Part shown: positions 1 through 12,489 of the stretch, piece after piece
Position numbering within the stretch: the first letter of the stretch is position 1
Layout: every line of letters starts with the position of its first letter
Origin: Camelus dromedarius
Taxonomy: Eukaryota
NCBI RefSeq assembly: GCF_036321535.1
Contig: NC_087437.1
Coordinates: 105,092,001-105,156,000, forward strand
Length of the DNA stretch: 64,000 nucleotides
Reading direction: 5' to 3'
Program-made: the position numbers and the translations under genes
The notes under the pieces: generated by a model
What the model saw: only the letters and a program-made list of their open reading frames with translations
Databases searched by the model: none
What the model was told of the DNA's origin: nothing

Positions 1-400
1 AATTCATGTATAGATGAAATGCAATCGCAATGAATATTCCAATATGCTTTCTTTTGAGACTTGGACAGTATATCCTAAAATGTATATGAAAATAAAAATG
101 ATCAAAACTAACCAAAACAATCTTTAAATAGAAAGACAAATTAGGAAGACTTACACTGCTTGACTCCAAGACTTTGTCTAAAATTACAGTAGTCAAGACA
201 GTGTAGGAGTTTGGAAGTGGCAAAAGGACAGATACAGATTAATAGAACAAAACAGAGAATCCAGAAATAAGCCCATACATTCAATTGATTTCAGCAAAGG
301 CATCAAAGAAATTTAATTGAGAATGGATGATCTTTTCTACAAATGGTGCTGAATCTACTGGCTAAAGAAATACAAAAAATGGACTTCAACGCTTTATACT
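1..400 (+). mobile_element. Old LINE-1 (L1M-type) ORF2 fragment, degenerate
   Basis: Resembles the L1 ORF2 distal region (ACAGTAGTCAAGACAGTGT, AACAGAGAATCCAGAAATAAGCCCATAC, CAAATGGTGCTG); no open frame; cut by the window start. Confidence 0.75.
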
Positions 401-544
401 TGATTTGGAATACGTGCTAACTTTCATTTAACATAATCATAATCACATTCCAACTTTTCTTAAGCTTGAAAATTCATACTTTTTTAAAATTAGGCCTTTC
501 TTAACCTTTAAAATAAAACAACAGCAATAGATTAAAAAAAAGAA

Positions 545-706
545 ATTTCTTCTGCATAGCACAGGGAACTATATTCAATATGTTAGTAACCTATAATAAA
601 AAAGAATATGAAAATGACTGTATGTATATATTTAGCTGCAATATTATGCTGTACACCAGAAATCGACACATTGTAACTGACTGTACTTCAATTTAAAAAA
701 AAAAAA
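545..706 (+). mobile_element. 5'-truncated cetartiodactyl-type L1 3' end with poly(A)
   Basis: CTGCATAGCACAGGGAACTATATTCAATA...GTACACCAGAAA...ACTGACTGTACTTCAATTT then A12; same tail as the copy at 7552-7706. Confidence 0.85.
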
Positions 707-830
707 GGTGGGGGAGAATGCAGCTCAGTGGTAGAGGTCCTGCTTTCAATCCCAAGTCCCTCCACTAATCAGCTAAATAAATAAATAAATAAATCTATTT
801 ATCGCCCCCCCCCAAATAACAATAAAAAAT
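707..830 (+). mobile_element. Camelid tRNA-derived SINE (vic-1-like), internally deleted
   Basis: GGGGAGAATGCAGCTCAGTGGTAGAG (A box), degenerate B box TTTCAATCCC, (TAAA)n, C-run and A-rich tail; directly abuts the L1 poly(A). Confidence 0.8.
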
Positions 831-2689
831 ATCTCACAATCAATAAAGGAATAAACCACTTAGCAGAATTCAAGTTAATTACCGTTAGCCAGACAATGAA
901 GACAAGATTGCTATCATTTCCTTCATGTGAGCAATAGTTCCAAGAGGACAAGAATACTAGTTTCATACTCTATTTCAAACTGATCTATTTTTTTCATAAC
1001 CAAAACATATAACGTAAATCAACACTGAAAGATTATAAATGTGGATGTCCCAGTAGAGAAGTTAGTAGATGCTACAGTGTGGCAACAGGCTCTTTTAACC
1101 TTTTTTCTTCCTAAGAGAAAAGGTTTTAAATAGTCGTGTTTTAAAATTTAAAGAGGTTTTGGATCTACATTGTTTTCAACATCCCTACACTGTTTGCTGA
1201 CATAGATACAATGTCATTAATCTTATTTCAGCCATAGTTTTAAATAATAACTGATATCAAATGCAAACACAACTAAAAGTCCAGTCTGAGATCACAGTTT
1301 AATTGCAAAATTATGAGCAGTTTTGGGGTGAGAGTGGAGTTCTCTAACAAAGTGTTTTAGAGCTTTCAACAAAATGAGTTATCAGAACGAATTTGAAGCG
1401 CTCGGTGTCTTCATCTCCAGCCATGAGTATGAAAATCTCTGGCCCCTCTGTTGCCCAGCTGAGTGAGGTAAAAGAAAACAAGGCTGGTAAATGCTATAAG
1501 CTTGGATGCTTTGGAAGAAAAAAAACCAATAGAATGAAATAATGATGGAGAAAACAGTGTCTCCTTTCCCAAGCCAACAAAGACACAAATTATAAAATGA
1601 ATGCAATGAATGAAACATGAAAAATTTTGACAAAATAGTAAAAACATTAAACTGGGGCTTATCTTCCCCTCTGCACATAGCTTTTTTTTTGTAAAATAAG
1701 GAGAAGCAGATGGGAGAGAGAAGTGTGTGCAGCAAGGTAGGAAGGACGCCAAGCAGAAGGGTTGCTCCCAGTGGAATTACACGTGAAAAGAAATTGTGGA
1801 AACAAGGTTACTGTGAATGCTTACAAATATTTTGCTATTTTGCTTTCTCTTTCCTCTTTTCCAGTTTCTACTGCCACTCATTTGACCTTTCATAAAAACA
1901 TCTTCATCAGCTTTTGTTTTCATTATGTGTAACAGAAGCTGTGGAAGGATAGTGGGAATGACTATGTAAATGAAAATTTAAAAAGTCCACATTTTATTCC
2001 AAGGGTGCCTTCACTCTCCACCTTGCAATTGGATGTGATTCAGAAGGCAGAGCAAGAAAGGGGAGGGATGAGACTTAATTGAAATATAAAATGACTTGTA
2101 TAGTTTCTGTTCGGCAGGAATTGAAAGTAGAATTTTTTTATTTGTTTGTTTTGTCTTGTTTTGTTTTAACAAACAGGAAACACTTCATCAACCAAGTCAT
2201 TTCTGGTTTTGCCCAGGCATCATGGATAGAAATGCATATCAGAAGTTGCTTTTTATGTGTAATGTGGTAGATATGAATATATTAAAAATTAAGGCATAAA
2301 CATAAATAATCGTTATATAGACTTACTGACCTGGAGTTAACATTTTGAGTTATTTTTTCCACTCTACAACTAACACTGACTTAGAATTTTCTACATTCAT
2401 AAATTAAGCGCTTGTTCTCGAATGAGTCAACTTCTAATACTTCATTAACTCTAACAGGTCATAAGCAACACCTTACTGTCTTTCAAATTGCAGCATTAGA
2501 AAGCAGTATAATTTAGTGGTGATACTTGGTGGCCTTCAGGATAACTGAGCTTGTCCCTTAACCGTATAGTATCTATGAATTTGGACACACCTGTACCAGA
2601 GGTTTCCTAGCCACTAAAAGAGGAGGCTGGATATGTGAATTCAATTATATCTGGGCCACAGATTCTTCCAAACACTGGACATTCTTGGT

Positions 2690-3108
2690 CAACAAGCCAG
2701 ACAATGTCCTTACACTAGAAACCTGAATTCTCATAAATGAGCAAGGCAACAAATAAATGAACAAGGCGATTGTATGGTGTGTGTCTGCTGTGAGGAAAAT
2801 GAAAAATATGATGTGTTGAGAGTGACCAAGTAGCAGAGGCAGTTCTGGGTGGTTGTGGAAGGCCTCAATGAGGCAGTGACAAATGTAATGTCCCTAAATG
2901 GTACGAGTCAGCCAACATAAGATCTGGAAAGGCCTTTCCTGGTGGATAGAACATAATGTTCAGAGACCTTAGAGGGGACAGCTATTTCATTGGTAGGAAA
3001 AGAAAGAAGGCTGTGGTGGTCAGAGGAAAGGATGAAGCACGTTAAGTGGTAAGAAATGGCGTGCAGTAGAAATGGTAGAAACCAACATGATCTGATCACA
3101 TAGGACCA
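2690..3108 (-). mobile_element. LINE-2 fragment
   Basis: Purine-rich antisense L2 signature (GGAAGGCCTCAATGAGGCAGTGAC, TTCCTGGTGGATAGAACA, AAAGAAGGCTGTGGTGG). Confidence 0.6.
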
Positions 3109-3111
3109 CAC

Positions 3112-3324
3112 AGATGGTGATGGATGGCTTTGTCTGTCCCTCCGCATCCATTCTCTACCCTCTGTACTGTTCTGTGCATCCTGAAGGCTAAACTATGTAC
3201 ACTGCCACAGCAAGTTGATTTATGCTCTGTTCTCCAGTTGTGTTTGGCCAACTGGTGACTCTGAAAGGAGATCCAGAGGACGAGAGGAAAAAGACATGTT
3301 GGTACTCATTAGCCCCAGCCGTCT
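3112..3324 (+). mobile_element. ERVL LTR (LTR33-like), 5' part
   Basis: GTTTGGCCAACTGG...GGAGATCCAGAGG...GGTACTCATTAGCCCCAGCC follows the recalled LTR33 consensus; the match resumes at 3610. Confidence 0.6.
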
Positions 3325-3609
3325 CAGAGACAAGGGTGGGAAACATGCTCAGTTGTAAAAGCTGAGCTTTAAATCGTGAGTTTTACAAATGTACATCGGG
3401 AGCAGTTGGGGAGGTTCTTTTCTGAAAAATCTTTCAGATTTGATTTTCTGTATATATGGCCATTATGTAAATACTCTGAGGTTTTTCATTTTTTTGAAAG
3501 TAGACAAAATTCTGTGCTTTTCCCCCCAAAACATTACAAAAGCCTGTTTATGTACATGCAAATAATTTCTTTGATAAAAAAAACAAAATAAAACAAAAAA
3601 AGAAAAAAA
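3325..3609 (+). pseudogene. Retrocopied mRNA 3'UTR fragment with decayed poly(A) tail; parent gene not identified
   Basis: About 250 bp of non-repeat sequence plus an A-rich tail (3576-3609) interrupts a collinear LTR33. It has two TGTAHATA motifs (3449-3456, 3466-3473) and AATAAT about 10 nt before the tail. No clear TSD. Confidence 0.6.
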
Positions 3610-3880
3610 GTCATTGGGGCAGCTGCATCCCTGTACCGAAAATTCCATCTCCTGTGAGGCAGCCCTCACCGTGTAGCTATTCTTTCTGGATTCCTGTCAC
3701 TGACCTCAACTCTTCAAGTCCAGGCTTGGTGAAGTGTCCCTGCTGTTTTCAGTCCTACTGTCCCCTGCTGCTAGTTGACCTAAACTCTGACTACACCTCT
3801 AACAATAATACTATTATTCAATTATCTTTTCAGTGCCAAGTCTGAATGAGCTGTTTCCTGCTGAGACTTTATCTGGTACA
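3610..3880 (+). mobile_element. ERVL LTR (LTR33-like), 3' part
   Basis: GCTGCATCCCTGTACCGAA...CTCCTGTGAGGCAGCCCTC...CTGTTTCCTGCTGAGAC...TACA terminus. Confidence 0.6.
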
Positions 3881-5574
3881 AATATGATCAAGATTTGGTT
3901 TTAATTATGACACACGTTATAGGCAAAATGCTGCATATGATTTTTCACAGTTGGAAAACACATCACTTAGCTGCACTATGGGGATTAGAGCTGTCACCAT
4001 GGCACCTCTCCTTTGGCCAATGACCAACAGTGACCCGGCCAGGAACTTTTATTTGTGGCCTTGGAACAGCACAAATTTGAGTGTTTTTGAATAAAATTCT
4101 TGACTCTTTCTCCTTCAACCTCTCGACTTGAAAAGGCAGAAGGACATATAAGGAGTGTCACTAAAAACAAAAAGACAAGTTGCAGATAGTCTTAAGAAAA
4201 GTTTCACTTCTACTCAAAAAAAAAAAAATGCAAGCTGATAATGAGGAAAATTTTTGTAGAATTAATTTTGCTCTCTTAAGTATTTCCCTGCAAAGCTGTA
4301 TAAGCACAACAAAAAATAAAATAAAATAAAATAAAAAAGAGCACCTATTGTCTGAACTCCTGGAAAGCCTTTGCAAAATGGACTACTAGAATGCATGCAT
4401 TTATTCCACTCAAAGTCTTACTTGCTGCAAAGCATTGCTAAATCATTATTTCTTCTCCTAAAGAAAGGAAATATTGAATTTCGTAAGACAAAACACCAGA
4501 TCTGAGTATACGCTGTTCGTTGGAGACATACACAGCATTTCTCTTGAGACAGTTCAGTCCTGCTAGTTTCTTTAGCAAAAGATATAAATAAGAAGACCCT
4601 CAATCTAAAATTAGATTTTACACAAACATAGATAAAATGCTTCAGCTATTCTCTGAAGCTCTAGCAATCTACCAAAATACAGCAAAAGCCTGTACTACAT
4701 TGTGTTCACACAGGCAAACAGAAGCAGAAGACTGAACAAGAATCTGGTGATTTTAATTACTATCAACACCCAGGAACTGGTTGAGCTGCATAATTGAGAT
4801 CAAAATCTCACTCTTTCTTTAACATCAGTTTTGCATTTATTTATTTATTTTAAACATTTTGCAGATGGTTAGGGATACAAGGTATGAGAAAAGAGAGGCC
4901 TGACACTGTTTCTTGCAAACTAATTTGTGTAGAGAAGATACAGAAGGCCAGAAAATTCGCTAAATGTTTACCAAGTTAGAGCATTTAGTCATGACTTTAA
5001 GAAAAGTCAAGTCAAATCTACATACTATAAAGGAGAAAGTTGATAAGTACATAAGAAAATTAAACCTTGCAGTATTTTTACCAAGTCAAGAGGTCCAAGA
5101 CCTGTCATTTTCCCTACATATCTTAGGGTAATCCTATTACCTCTTTTAAAACAAATGGTTCCTTTGTCAATGAATTCAATGGAGCCAAAAGCCAGGCCAA
5201 TGGAAGTATATGTTAGATGTTAAGCATTTGACCGGTAGGATCTTTGTTGTTGTTCGTACCGTTTTAAGTAACATTGGGGAAATGAGGTTTAAGTGATTGT
5301 ATTCATTTAGAGGATCAAGGGAACCTGGACCCAGATATTCCAATAAATTACACTGTTTACAAACTGTATGGTGAATGCTGATTAAACTCATGGAGAATAC
5401 ATAATTACACAAACAGCAAAAACAAAAAAACTACTCCCTTCATATTGCTAACAGATTCTGAATATACTGGGATTTGTCTATAAATCTCCCCCTTGCTGGG
5501 CAACAGACAGTCTAATCTACACTCTCAGACTTAATATTTATTCATTCTTATCTTTATTCATTATTTATAAATTC

Positions 5575-5712
5575 TTAACATTTATTCATTCTTATTGATT
5601 CATTGGTTCATTCAACAAATATATTTGTGTGATGCTTACTAAATGTCAGAATGATATTAAACAATGAGGATACACAAATTTATAACACAGAGACATAATA
5701 TCCACTATGAAG
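5575..5712 (-). mobile_element. LINE-2 3' end
   Basis: (ATTC)n-like run then TTCATTCAACAAATATATTTG...GCTTACT, the typical antisense L2 tail. Confidence 0.6.
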
Positions 5713-6574
5713 AGGGTGAACCTTCTTTAATTATAAATTAATAACACAATAATAACAAGCAAAATAAAAATCAACTGTAACTTTACAATTACATCAGAGT
5801 TTTAAATTATTCTTGGGAAGGAATAAAAAAACTAATGAGAATTTTAATTGGAATCTTTGTATTTAAACTAGTATTTCTTAGTATTTACTAACATATTTTA
5901 CTTGTATTTTGGTTTTTTAACAAGGCTGAGGCAGACTATTATAAATATAAAAGACTGAGAATGCCATGATGTTATTATCAGGTATGACCTATTTTAAAAT
6001 GTGTCATATCTGGAAACTTGAAGTCCATTTCAGTGCTCCACAGAGAGGGCCTTCCTTTATACAGAAGAAATTGGAGGAGAGTATTTTTTCTGGGCAAGGG
6101 CAGGAGCATACATGCATTGCTTATAGCAGGTAAGCTTATATCAGATATCTTCCAGACTAAACTAAACTTGAATCTTTTCCCCCTCAAACACTCTCTAAAT
6201 TTAATGTATACTTTAATTTTTAATAATTTATTTCATCTTAAGATAATATTATCACTTAAGATTACCTTTTAAGCAATTGACATTCTCTAATAGGAATGAG
6301 TCATTTTCTAAATAGACTATCAAAAAAATCCCGTAACAAATCATTAAAGTATAAAAGTAAAAAGGACATTTCCATAATAGAGGCCCTGTCAGTTCCAGGG
6401 TGTGCATAATACTCACTGATCTCATCTTGGTGAAGATTTGACTTGATGTGGATTAACTGTACTTTAATCTGTTAGGGTTCTGGTTCCCTGATCTTAAATT
6501 ATTATCTTGATAAAGTTAAATAAGCTTAGAGAAAAAGTGCTGTCCTCAGACTGTAAATTAAGTGATTATAAATC

Positions 6575-6679
6575 AAGAAGAAGAGAGGAGGAGGAGAAGG
6601 AGAAGAAGAAGAAAAAGAAGAAGAAGGAGGAGGAGGAGCAGTTGGAAGAGGAGGAGGAGAAAAGGAAGACAGAGAAGAA
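6575..6679. repeat. Compound (GAA)n/(GAG)n purine-rich microsatellite
   Basis: Directly visible; it generates the spurious poly-E/K/R and poly-L ORFs in the track. Confidence 0.95.
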
Positions 6680-6999
6680 TCAATGTGTCATTGATTTTAA
6701 CTAAAAATTCTGGGCCATTGTGGGTCAAAACAGAGTTCCTGGAAATAGACTTGGACATTCCATTCCAGGGACAGAGCAGATGGCGGGATCTTGAGAAGAA
6801 TGAATGAGGCCCCTCCTCTTGTGGGTAGGTCAAGCCCCAACTACAGTAGAACACTGGATGACTCAGTCCCTTGCCAACCCTCCTGAGGCCTGGTTTCACC
6901 CTTGAACCTAGGAGTCCCACAAAATGGAGCATCAGGTTCTCATCTTGGACCACTGCCTCCTTTATTCTCAAAGTGTTTCCATTAAGATCAATATCAGTT

Positions 7000-7706
7000 G
7001 TATGTTGGTACAGCCATTATGGAAAACATATGGAGATTCTGCCAAAAACTAAAAATAGACTTACCATACGATCCAGCAATCCCACTCTCGGGCATATATC
7101 CAGGGGGAAACTTAATTCAAAAAGACACATGCACCCCCAATGTTCATAGTAGCGCTATTTATGATAACCAATACATGGAAACAACCTAAATATCCATCAA
7201 CAGATGACTGGATAAAGAAGTTGTGGTAAATTTATACAAAGGAATACTACTCAGCCATAAAAAATAATAAAATAATGCCATTTGCAGCAACATGGATGGC
7301 CCTGGAGAATGTCATTCTAAGTGAAGTAAGCCAGAAGGAGAAAGAAAAATACCATATGATATTATTCATATGTGGAATCTTAAAAAAAAAAAAACAGACA
7401 AATGAACTTACATATAAAACAGAAACGAACTCACAGACATAGAAAACAAACTTATAGTTTCCGGGGGAAAGGGTTGGGACGAGATAAACTTGGAGTTCTA
7501 GATTTGCAGTTACTGACTGGTGTATATATAAAATACATAAACAAGTTTATACTGTATAGCACAGGGAACTATATTTGATATCTTGTAGTAGCTTATGGTG
7601 AAAAAGAATATAAAAATGAATATATGTATATTCGTGTATGACTGGAGCACTGTGCTGTACACCAGAAACTGACACAACATTATAAACTGACTATACTTCA
7701 ATAAAA
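7000..7706 (+). mobile_element. Young 5'-truncated L1 (ORF2 C-terminus plus 3'UTR) with 10-bp TSD
   Basis: Translates as KLKIDLPYDPAIPLSGIYP...QKDTCTP (L1 ORF2 C-terminus); perfect TSD AATATCAGTT at 6990-6999 and 7707-7716. Confidence 0.95.
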
Positions 7707-7944
7707 AATATCAGTTTTATGGATATTTTTATAATAATAAATATATTGACTCTGATAAAAAAGAATATCAGATTTTTATATATGATTAATGCTAGTTATA
7801 AAAATGTATATGCTTTATTTAAAGTTTTATGTAAAATATAAGTAAATACATTTTAAGCTCTCTATTCTGTAATTAACAGCTCAAACATATAAACAGTCTG
7901 AAGAATTTAAAGATGCAACATTTAAAAGCTAATAATGTCATAAT

Positions 7945-8780
7945 CTAAAACACCGAGAACACCAAACACTGGTGAGGACGTGGAGATACTCTGCAAGGAA
8001 TCCTCATCCGTGGCTAGTGGAAACACAAAATGGTACAGCCACTTTAGAAGAGCCTGTCAGTTGTGCATAATACTAAACATAACCCCACCACGCCATCTAG
8101 CAACTTTAATTGTTATTATTTATATAAGTGAATTGAAAATGCATGTCTACACAAAAACCTATGAGTGGATATCTGTATCAGCTTTATTCAAGACAACCAA
8201 AACTTGGAAGCAACCAAGATATTCTTCAGGAGAGGGAAGGATAAACAAACTGTAGCAATCCAGACAGTAGTATGCAGTGCTGAAAAGAAATGAGCTATCA
8301 AGCAATTAAAAGACACAGAAGAATGTAAAACGCATCTTGCTAAGTAAAAGAAGCCAGTCTGAAAAGGCTGTCTACTCTGTTATTCCAACTGTAACATATT
8401 CTGGAAGAGGCAAAACTGGAAACAGTGAAAAGATTAGCAGTTGTCAGGACTGGGGCAGGAGAAGGTTGGGGTAGGCAGAGTACAGAAAAATTTAGAGCAG
8501 TGACAATACTTTATATAATGTTTAGTGATGGATATATGACATTCTACATTTGTTCAAACCCATAGAATCTACAAGAGTGAACCCCAATATAAACTGTGGA
8601 CTTTGGGTGATTATGATGTAGGTTCATTGATTGTGATGAATGTACCATCTGTTAGGAGACTTTGATGATGAAGGGGGATGTGTGTGGATAGAAGGTTTAT
8701 GGGAAATTCTGTACTTCCTGCTCAGTTCTGTGGTGAACCTAAAAGTGTTTTAAAAAAATTAAGTTAAGAAATAAAAAAAG
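7945..8780 (+). mobile_element. Old L1 3' region (L1MC-like)
   Basis: AAAATGGTACAGCCACTTT, AACTTGGAAGCAACCAAGAT, AGAAGCCAGTCTGAAAAGGCT, AAACCCATAGAAT, GGACTTTGGGTGATTATGATG, GAACCTAAAA and an A-rich end. Confidence 0.85.
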
Positions 8781-9136
8781 ATAAATAACCCTCCAATATG
8801 TGTTTATCAAAAGCTGTTGCTGTTTTGTACATCATGTCAGAGAAAAAGAAATACTATCATAGTAACTAAACCAATCATTCTTTGTAATATAAGGGGATTT
8901 TTGTAGCAACTGATATAAATTTAAATAGGAGATATTCCAGAAAGCTAAAAAAATAAAGCAGAGGAACAAAAAGGCCCGTCCGGTAGAAGCATTGTACTAT
9001 AAATAGCGGTGCTCAGATCATTAAAATCAGGGCTTTGACAAATCCACAGCTAGGTTGTTTGTGTGAATAACTACTCTGTTTTGACAAAGAACATAAGTCA
9101 CTTGAAAAGCACATTCTGCTGCTACCAATTGTGGAT

Positions 9137-9176
9137 TTTTTTTCCTGTCATTTTAGAATTGCTGACAGGAAAAAAA
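9137..9176. repeat. Perfect 14-bp inverted repeat with 12-nt spacer
   Basis: TTTTTTTCCTGTCA (9137-9150) and TGACAGGAAAAAAA (9163-9176). Confidence 0.9.
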
Positions 9177-9279
9177 TGTGGCTACTAACAGATTCATCAT
9201 GCAGGAATTTTGAGCCTTGAACACATTTGGATTCCTTTCTGTTTTGCTTCAGTGTTTCAGATATTGGTTGCAAAAGGGG

Positions 9280-9746
9280 CTCTTATTCACCACCTTTTCC
9301 CGTAGGCATGTTGTTTGTATGAAATATTTCAGCTCTTCCCAACTAGAAGTGAACGTGCTTTCTCTGTCTCAGAGCTGCCCTTGTGGCTTGACTTGGCCAA
9401 CAGGATGCAGGGCAGTCAGAGCCTGGCATTCTGCATACAGGGTCCTGGAGGCCTTTCCTGCTGCGGCTCTCTGGGAACTCTGACCGCTTACCTTGCGAGT
9501 AAGTTGGACCCACCAGCTGCTGGATAAGGGACTACCATGAGCAGAGCTGATCCTCCCCAGCTGAGGCCTCTTAGACCAGCCAGCCCCAGGCTGACTCACC
9601 CCCTGTTTCCAACAAGATCAGCCACATATGACCTAGATCTGCAGAACTTTCCCAAGACTCATTATCATGAGACAAAAGAAAATGATTGTAGTTTTAAAAC
9701 TCTAAGTGACAGGCGTTTGATTTCGCACAAATAGCTAACTAATAAA
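9280..9746 (+). mobile_element. ERVL-MaLR solo LTR (MLT1F/H-like)
   Basis: GCCCTTGTGGCTTGACTTGGCCAACAGGATG, CCCCAGCTGAGGCC...AGACCAGCCAGCCCCAG, TTGTAGTTTTAAAACTCTAAGT...ATAGCTAACTAATA end. Confidence 0.65.
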
Positions 9747-9789
9747 GGATCTTAAACGAACTGCTGACTTTGATGGTTATCAAATCTCT

Positions 9790-9910
9790 CATTTTTACTT
9801 AACAAATATTTCTTAAACTCCACCAAGTGCCCAGCACTCTGCAAGATACACTAGAGGAAATAAAAATTGTGTGAGAGGAGGTCTTTGACCCCAATGAACA
9901 TAATTCTTTG
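9790..9910 (-). mobile_element. LINE-2 3' end
   Basis: TTAACAAATATTTCTTAAACTCCACCAAGTGCCCAGCACTCTGCAAGATAC. Confidence 0.55.
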
Positions 9911-12489
9911 AGGAGGACAGCACTGTATGCTCTAGGTAATGCTTTAATGTTTATGCAGACTTCAAATCTGCCTCATCCATGGCAATGCCCTCATTGTGAA
10001 TCTAGGAAGGCCACCCAGACTTTCCGACTTCCAATGATCTCTAGAAATACCCATATCAGAGCAATTTCTTCAAGGAAGGTGTATCCTAGAAAATAATATG
10101 TGTGTGCATTCTTGTATTAAGACTAAATTAAAATAATTGAGTTAATTCATAGATAAGATAAAAACCTAGAAAAGAGACTTTGGTTATACTTAAGTAAAAC
10201 TATATTAAAATTACTTTGTATAAATATGAAAAAACTAAAGTTATCTACAGTTTATCTTACTATTGAACAATTTTTTATTTTTATGTTATTATTTGAATGT
10301 CAAGTAAGATGCAATTTTTTGTTGTTATTACTGCATCAATTATAGTTCTCAGCATTAAGAGAATGCTGAGAAGATAAAGTAAGGCTTTTTTTTTTTTTTT
10401 TTTTCCCAGGCAACTATTTTCACAGAACCAGACTTACTGGATAAACCTCCCATGGCTGCCTACACAGATGCAAAGAACCCACATTAAAGACTCTGGGTCA
10501 TTCAACAACACCCTTGGTGGAACTAGAGAATTTCCAACCACCCTAAAGGCAAAAGAATTAGTCTTGCAAAATCCCCAAACTGCCCCACTGAAAAATATCG
10601 CTGGGAGAAACTGACTACATTAGGTTGTATTACTTTTAAGAAGGGAGAAGAGGACAGGGGAATAAAACAATGTTAGGAAGGAGAGAAAAATGTGCATATG
10701 TCGTGAATAAGAAACCCTCAGTTTAGTCTAGCTCCCCTTTCTACCCATTTCTGAGCAACCCACAGACTTCTTTTGCCATCAATGCGCTCACTTTTATGGA
10801 ATTTTTAGAAGAATCATATGCAACAAAATTTAAAAGATTCTAAAGAGTCACAATTAGGAAAGAACACAGAATATATGAGCTCCTTTGAAGTAGATTCTTA
10901 AATTTCTATACCATCCATCACCCCAAATCACAAAATGTTACATATAACACAGTAGAGTTTAAGCTAATCAATTATAAACATATTCCAAGTGAGAATTTGT
11001 TTTATTTAAAATTGTATTTTAAGTTGAAAATCATGTGCCCTTCCTATATGCACACAAACATATATGTATATATACATGTATCTTATTATATAACCAATCA
11101 GGAACAGGGACTTATTACGAAGGCTTAAGATTAATTAGACAAAGGAGTTACTTTTTTTCCTCTTATGTGTATCTTATGTGTATGTTTTTCAAACAATACA
11201 ACCATTTCACTGACTTCTATACACATGGTCTGGATCACTCCCCTTACATCTTCATTATGTTACTGTAAATCACATCATCAATGTAATTAGTGTAAGGGGA
11301 GGAAGTTTTAAGAAAATATTGAATTTGTGATGTAATCAATGAAGGGGACAAGAAGGAAACATGACCAGGAGAAGGTAAGTGTGCACAGTTCTGAAGTGAT
11401 CTCAGGAAAAGCTTGCACACTCAGAATTAATATATATATAGCATATATAGAGTACATTTTTTCTTACTTATGGTTGATAACTATGGCTATTTACACACAT
11501 ACAGAACTTTTTGCCTCCTAGTTACTCAGAACATCATTTTCCTGAACTCTTTTGTCCTTACAGGTGTGTTAAACTTCACAGCAATGTATTATGAAAATAG
11601 TGTTAAGTGAAGGATAGATAACTGAGCAGAAAGCTAGTTGTACAGAGTATATTAGACTTCCAGCATCTAATTGCATGTTCTTTGTAATTCCTAACATATG
11701 AATTGTCATGGGATTGTGAAGAATTTACTTTGTTGAGTAGATTTTGGTCTATGTAAACACAGAAATTCCCAGCCTAATCACTATAATAAAGGTGTCTATA
11801 CCTTGGAAATGAGTCTTCGATTAGACCTCTAAGAGATGAAGAAGTTGGTGGTATAATAGGTGTCTGAGAATGAGCTATTCTTCCGTAGTTTCCAACTGTT
11901 ACAGTCACTATATGACTCCATAATAACCAAAGACTCTAAAGCAGAGTCTAAAATTGCTGTTAATGTAGTCAACCATACATAACTATTTTCCAGAATGACT
12001 TCTGTACAGCACGTGATTTCTTCCGGTGAAGGTATCTAATGGGTCATGTGTTTTAAATAGGAAGAGAACTTCCCATGAGTGCTATCTTCATTCTGGGGTC
12101 TTAATGGGAGTCTTTACAATGCAGAGGTGGGGCAAATTGACACATTTTGTGCAGTTTAATGCTTCTTCACAATGTTTGCTATGTTCATCACAGTAGAAGC
12201 TTTCAGATTTAAAATGTGAGCTAAAGTTCTTATCACTGCGCAAATTAGTACATTAAGCAAGCCTAGCAGCAAAGCTTGAGAGGTAAACAGAAAACCTGCA
12301 AGAGGTTTTGGTATCAAATGTAATGGGAACAAAGACTTAAATAATGATTTGACCTTCTCTAAAGGTCTGAAAAGCCATAGAAGTCAAGAAGTAAAGAAAA
12401 ATGTCCTGAAAACCTGAGTACACTTGGTAGATTGTGAAAAGTAAAAGAATGCACTTAAAAATTAAATTTAAAATATTATATTAAAGCCT

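Noticed and set aside
6507..6971. Poly-Glu/Lys, poly-Arg and poly-Leu ORFs
   Set aside because: They are translations of the (GAA/GAG)n microsatellite in three frames.
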